20,000 nucleotides of DNA, from the sequence record SRR31156797_10522, one strand, 5' to 3'. The translations under genes were made by a program, and so were the position numbers. Shown here piece after piece: positions 16,283 to 20,000 of the stretch. Within the stretch, counting starts at the first letter, position 1. Each line of letters opens with the position of its first letter. Under the pieces are notes generated by a model. It was not told the origin of the DNA, searched no databases, and saw only the letters and a program-made list of their open reading frames with translations.

Positions 16283-17362
16283 ATGAAAAACATTCATCGA
16301 TTACTGTTAGTTTTCTTCTTAATGGCAGCCGTAACACCGGCGATTGCTTCTGATGAACATGATAAACATGCTCACGATACTCATAAGCAGGAAAAATTTG
16401 AACCAGGAAACTTTATCATGGACCATATTGCCGATGCTTACGATTGGCACATTTTATCTTATAAGGATAAACATATTTCTGTTCCACTTCCTGTAATTGT
16501 GATATCAGAGCAAACTGGTTTTCACATGTTCATGTCTTCAAAATTTCACCACGGACATTCTTCCTATAAAGGGTTCTCTATTGCTCAAGAAGGAGATTAT
16601 AGAGGAAAAGTTGTTGAAATGGTAGATGGACATCAAGTTCGTCCGTTTGATATTTCCATGACGAAGAATGTGGTAGCAATGCTAATAAGTATGTTTTTTC
16701 TACTTTGGATTTTCATCTCAGTAGCAAAAGCTTATACTAAAAGAAAAGGTCAGGCTCCAAAAGGTATACAATCTTTGATGGAACCTTTAATCATTTTTGT
16801 ACGTGACGAGATTGCCAAACCTGCAATTGGAGAAAAGAAATACGAAAAATACATGCCATTCCTTTTAACCATCTTTTTCTTTATTTGGTTGAACAATTTA
16901 ATGGGATTGGTACCATTAATTCCTGGAGGAGCGAATGTCACGGGTAATATCACTATAACAATGGTATTGGCTCTGTTTACATTTATTATCACCACAGTAA
17001 ATGCAAATAAGAATTATTGGGCACATATTTTTAATACACCTGGTGTACCATGGTGGCTAAAGTATCCAATTCCATTGATGCCTTTGGTTGAGTTAATGGG
17101 AGTATTTACGAAGCCTTTCGTTTTGATGGTTCGTTTGTTTGCGAACATCACAGCAGGACACATGATTGTGTTGGCATTTGTAAGTCTGATATTTATTTTC
17201 GGACAAATTAGTCCAATGTTGGGGTACGGAACCTCTGTAATTTCAGTTCTTTTCGTAATTTTCATGGACATGCTTGAACTTTTGGTAGCATTAATTCAGG
17301 CTTATGTATTTACACTTCTTTCGGCGCTTTACTTTGGTATGGCTACGGAAGAACATCACTAG
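16283..17362 (+). CDS. atpB: F0F1 ATP synthase subunit a
   Basis: APKGIQSLMEP, PFLLTIFFFI, NVTGNI, essential Arg in VRLFANITAGH, ELLVALIQAYVFTLLS. Confidence 0.98.
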   Translation: MKNIHRLLLVFFLMAAVTPAIASDEHDKHAHDTHKQEKFEPGNFIMDHIADAYDWHILSYKDKHISVPLPVIVISEQTGFHMFMSSKFHHGHSSYKGFSIAQEGDYRGKVVEMVDGHQVRPFDISMTKNVVAMLISMFFLLWIFISVAKAYTKRKGQAPKGIQSLMEPLIIFVRDEIAKPAIGEKKYEKYMPFLLTIFFFIWLNNLMGLVPLIPGGANVTGNITITMVLALFTFIITTVNANKNYWAHIFNTPGVPWWLKYPIPLMPLVELMGVFTKPFVLMVRLFANITAGHMIVLAFVSLIFIFGQISPMLGYGTSVISVLFVIFMDMLELLVALIQAYVFTLLSALYFGMATEEHH

Positions 17363-17402
17363 AATTTATTTACTCCTATTAGGGAGCTATAATAGTTTTT
17401 AA

Positions 17403-17678
<276 letters not shown>

Positions 17679-17782
17679 GAATACAATCCGCAGTTTGCCA
17701 TAAGAGATTGTCTGAGGCAAATTGCGGAAATTGTTTTGATTGTTTAAACACACCCTTGCGGTGAAATTAAAATAAGAATAGT

Positions 17783-18277
17783 ATGGGCTTGGTAACACCT
17801 GAATTAGGAACTTTTATATGGATGTTCTTGGCATTTGCCATTGTTTTGTTCATCCTGAAGAAATTTGCCTGGAAACCAATATTAAATGCCTTAAAGGAAC
17901 GTGAGGATTCTATTGAAGATGCACTTCGTTCTGCTGATCGTGCTAAAGAAGAAATGGCTGAATTACAAGCCGACAACGAAAGAATTCTTCAGGAGGCTAG
18001 AAAAGAACGTGAAGCAATGCTTAAAGAGGCAAAGGAAATGAGTAATACAATTGTACGTGATGCCAAACAAAAAGCAACTCAGGAAGCTGATAAAGTAATT
18101 GAATCAGCTCGATTGAATATTGAGGGCGAAAAGGCGGCAGCATTAAACGAAATTAAGGCTCAGGTTGCAAATCTTTCTGTAGAGATTGCAGAGAAGGTTC
18201 TTCGTCAGCAATTTGCAGATGATCAGCAACAAAAAGATTACTTCAAAAAGTTAATGGACGAAGTAAAACTAAACTAA
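17783..18277 (+). CDS. atpF: F0F1 ATP synthase subunit b
   Basis: N-terminal TM, KKFAWKPIL..LKERE..I, long coiled coil, IAEKVL. Confidence 0.97.
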   Translation: MGLVTPELGTFIWMFLAFAIVLFILKKFAWKPILNALKEREDSIEDALRSADRAKEEMAELQADNERILQEARKEREAMLKEAKEMSNTIVRDAKQKATQEADKVIESARLNIEGEKAAALNEIKAQVANLSVEIAEKVLRQQFADDQQQKDYFKKLMDEVKLN

Positions 18278-18323
18278 GAACAGAATGTGAGCCTTGTCTC
18301 GCAACAAGATAAAACTTCGATTT

Positions 18324-18872
18324 ATGAACGAAAGTAAAATCTCGGTTCGATATGCCAAAGCTCTTTTCGAATTAGGAAAGGAGAAGGATTTATTAGATGC
18401 TTTTGTTACAGATATCAATTTAATTGATAGTATTTGTAAAGAAAGCGCTGATTTTGTATTGATGCTCGATAGTCCGGTTGTTAAAACCTCACAGAAGAGA
18501 AGTGCAGTAAAAGGTATTTTTACTGATAAAATCAACGCAAATACATTAAATTTCCTTGATTTGGTAGTTCAAAACCGTAGGGAAATGTATCTGAAAGATA
18601 TCTCAAGAAACTTTTTAGCTCTTTGTCGCAAGAACAAAGGAATTCTTTCTGCAACACTCACAACAGCTTCGGCTATTGAGGAGGCTGGCAAAAAGAAATT
18701 GTCTGATGTTTTAGCTAAAGCATTTGATTCTAAAATTGAATTAAACGAAGTTATTGATGAGGATATCATTGGAGGATTTGTAATTCGTGTCGAAGATCAG
18801 CAATTGGATGCTAGTGTTAGCAATCAATTGTCTCAAATAAAGCGTGAATTGCTTTCAAATCATATTAAATAG
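18324..18872 (+). CDS. atpH: F0F1 ATP synthase subunit delta
   Basis: Start ATG 18324 (MNESKISVRYAKALF); NFL.LVV.NRR; IIGGFVIRV.DQQLDASV. Confidence 0.96.
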   Translation: MNESKISVRYAKALFELGKEKDLLDAFVTDINLIDSICKESADFVLMLDSPVVKTSQKRSAVKGIFTDKINANTLNFLDLVVQNRREMYLKDISRNFLALCRKNKGILSATLTTASAIEEAGKKKLSDVLAKAFDSKIELNEVIDEDIIGGFVIRVEDQQLDASVSNQLSQIKRELLSNHIK

Positions 18873-18914
18873 AATTTCAAATCGGATTAAACTCTGACTA
18901 AATAACAATTAAAT

Positions 18915-20000
18915 ATGGCTAGTATTAAACCTGCAGAAGTTTCGGAAATCCTAAAGCAGCAATTAGAAGGATTAAAGACCGAAGCAGAACTGGAAGAAGT
19001 CGGAACCGTATTGCAAGTAGGGGATGGTATTGCCCGAATTTACGGTTTATCGCACGTTGAATCCAACGAGCTAATCGAATTTCAAAATGGTGTTTTAGGA
19101 ATCGTATTGAATCTTGAAGAAGACAATGTCGGTGCCGTACTATTAGGAGAATCGCAAGGTATTAAAGAAGGTGATGTTGTTAAACGTACCAAACGTATTG
19201 CTTCCATTAATGTTGGTGAAGGAATGTTGGGGCGTGTAATCAATACCATTGGAGAACCTATTGATGGTAAAGGTGAAATAACAGGTGTTACATACGAAAT
19301 GCCATTGGAACGTAAAGCTCCAGGGGTAATTTATCGTCAGCCTGTTAATGAGCCATTGCAAACCGGTTTAAAATCGGTTGATGCGATGATTCCAATTGGT
19401 CGTGGACAGCGTGAGTTAATCATTGGTGACCGTCAGACCGGAAAAACTGCAATTGCAATTGATACCATCATCAATCAAAAAGAATTTTACGACAAGGGGG
19501 AACCTGTTTACTGTATCTATGTTGCAATAGGACAAAAGGGATCTACCGTTGCGAATATCGCCAGAACTCTTGAAGAACATGGAGCAATGGCTTATACCAC
19601 AATTGTATCTGCAACCGCATCAGATCCGGCTGCTTTGCAATTTTACGCACCATTTGCAGGTGCATCAATTGGCGAGTTCTTCCGAGATACAGGACGTCCT
19701 GCCTTGATCATTTATGATGATTTGTCGAAGCAGGCGGTATCTTACCGTGAGGTTTCTCTACTTCTTCGTCGTCCTCCAGGGCGTGAGGCATATCCAGGTG
19801 ATGTATTCTATTTGCACTCAAGATTATTAGAGCGTGCAGCTAAGGTGATTAACTCTGATGAAATTGCTCGTCAGATGAATGACTTGCCAGAAAGCTTGAA
19901 GAATGCTAAGGATGAAAATGGAGAATCAATTATTAAAGGTGGTGGTTCATTAACTGCACTTCCAATTATTGAAACTCAGGCAGGTGATGTTTCTGCATAT
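18915..20000 (+). CDS. atpA: F0F1 ATP synthase subunit alpha, 3'-truncated by the window edge (missing from the ORF track)
   Basis: Hand translation from ATG 18915: [13 protein letters not shown]...[10 protein letters not shown]; Walker [56 protein letters not shown]. Confidence 0.98.
   Translation, partial: MASIKPAEVSEILKQQLEGLKTEAELEEVGTVLQVGDGIARIYGLSHVESNELIEFQNGVLGIVLNLEEDNVGAVLLGESQGIKEGDVVKRTKRIASINVGEGMLGRVINTIGEPIDGKGEITGVTYEMPLERKAPGVIYRQPVNEPLQTGLKSVDAMIPIGRGQRELIIGDRQTGKTAIAIDTIINQKEFYDKGEPVYCIYVAIGQKGSTVANIARTLEEHGAMAYTTIVSATASDPAALQFYAPFAGASIGEFFRDTGRPALIIYDDLSKQAVSYREVSLLLRRPPGREAYPGDVFYLHSRLLERAAKVINSDEIARQMNDLPESLKNAKDENGESIIKGGGSLTALPIIETQAGDVSAY

Noticed and set aside
19855-19935. 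Insertion in AtpA ([26 protein letters not shown])
   Set aside because: This is a known variable loop, and the MNDLPESL type is typical of Bacteroidota.

Overview
AT-rich Bacteroidota chromosome. The TAnnTTTG promoters, gene order and protein style suggest a marine Bacteroidia lineage such as Marinifilaceae; this is an inference. The window is mostly housekeeping. In order: tail of a probable anti-sigma-like membrane protein, an outer-membrane beta-barrel gene with an ECF-type promoter, a TPR sensor kinase, pepE, a YidE/AspT transporter, xth, rsgA, a TIGR00266/AIM24 protein, mnmH (selU), a YceI protein, a second orphan kinase, yceD-rpmF-fabH, and a bactofilin-atpZ-atpI-like-atpBEFHA operon running off the right edge. 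I see no mobile element, CRISPR, rRNA or tRNA. The unexplained signals are intergenic: (1) a GC-elevated array of 11-13 degenerate 21-bp units (YTYCAAG + variable 14 nt) at 6489-6762; (2) a spacer made of five heptamers facing five inverted heptamers at 8737-8810; (3) an atpB leader with three 62-bp-phased motifs and mutually exclusive hairpins; (4) related long hairpins after rpmF and atpE.
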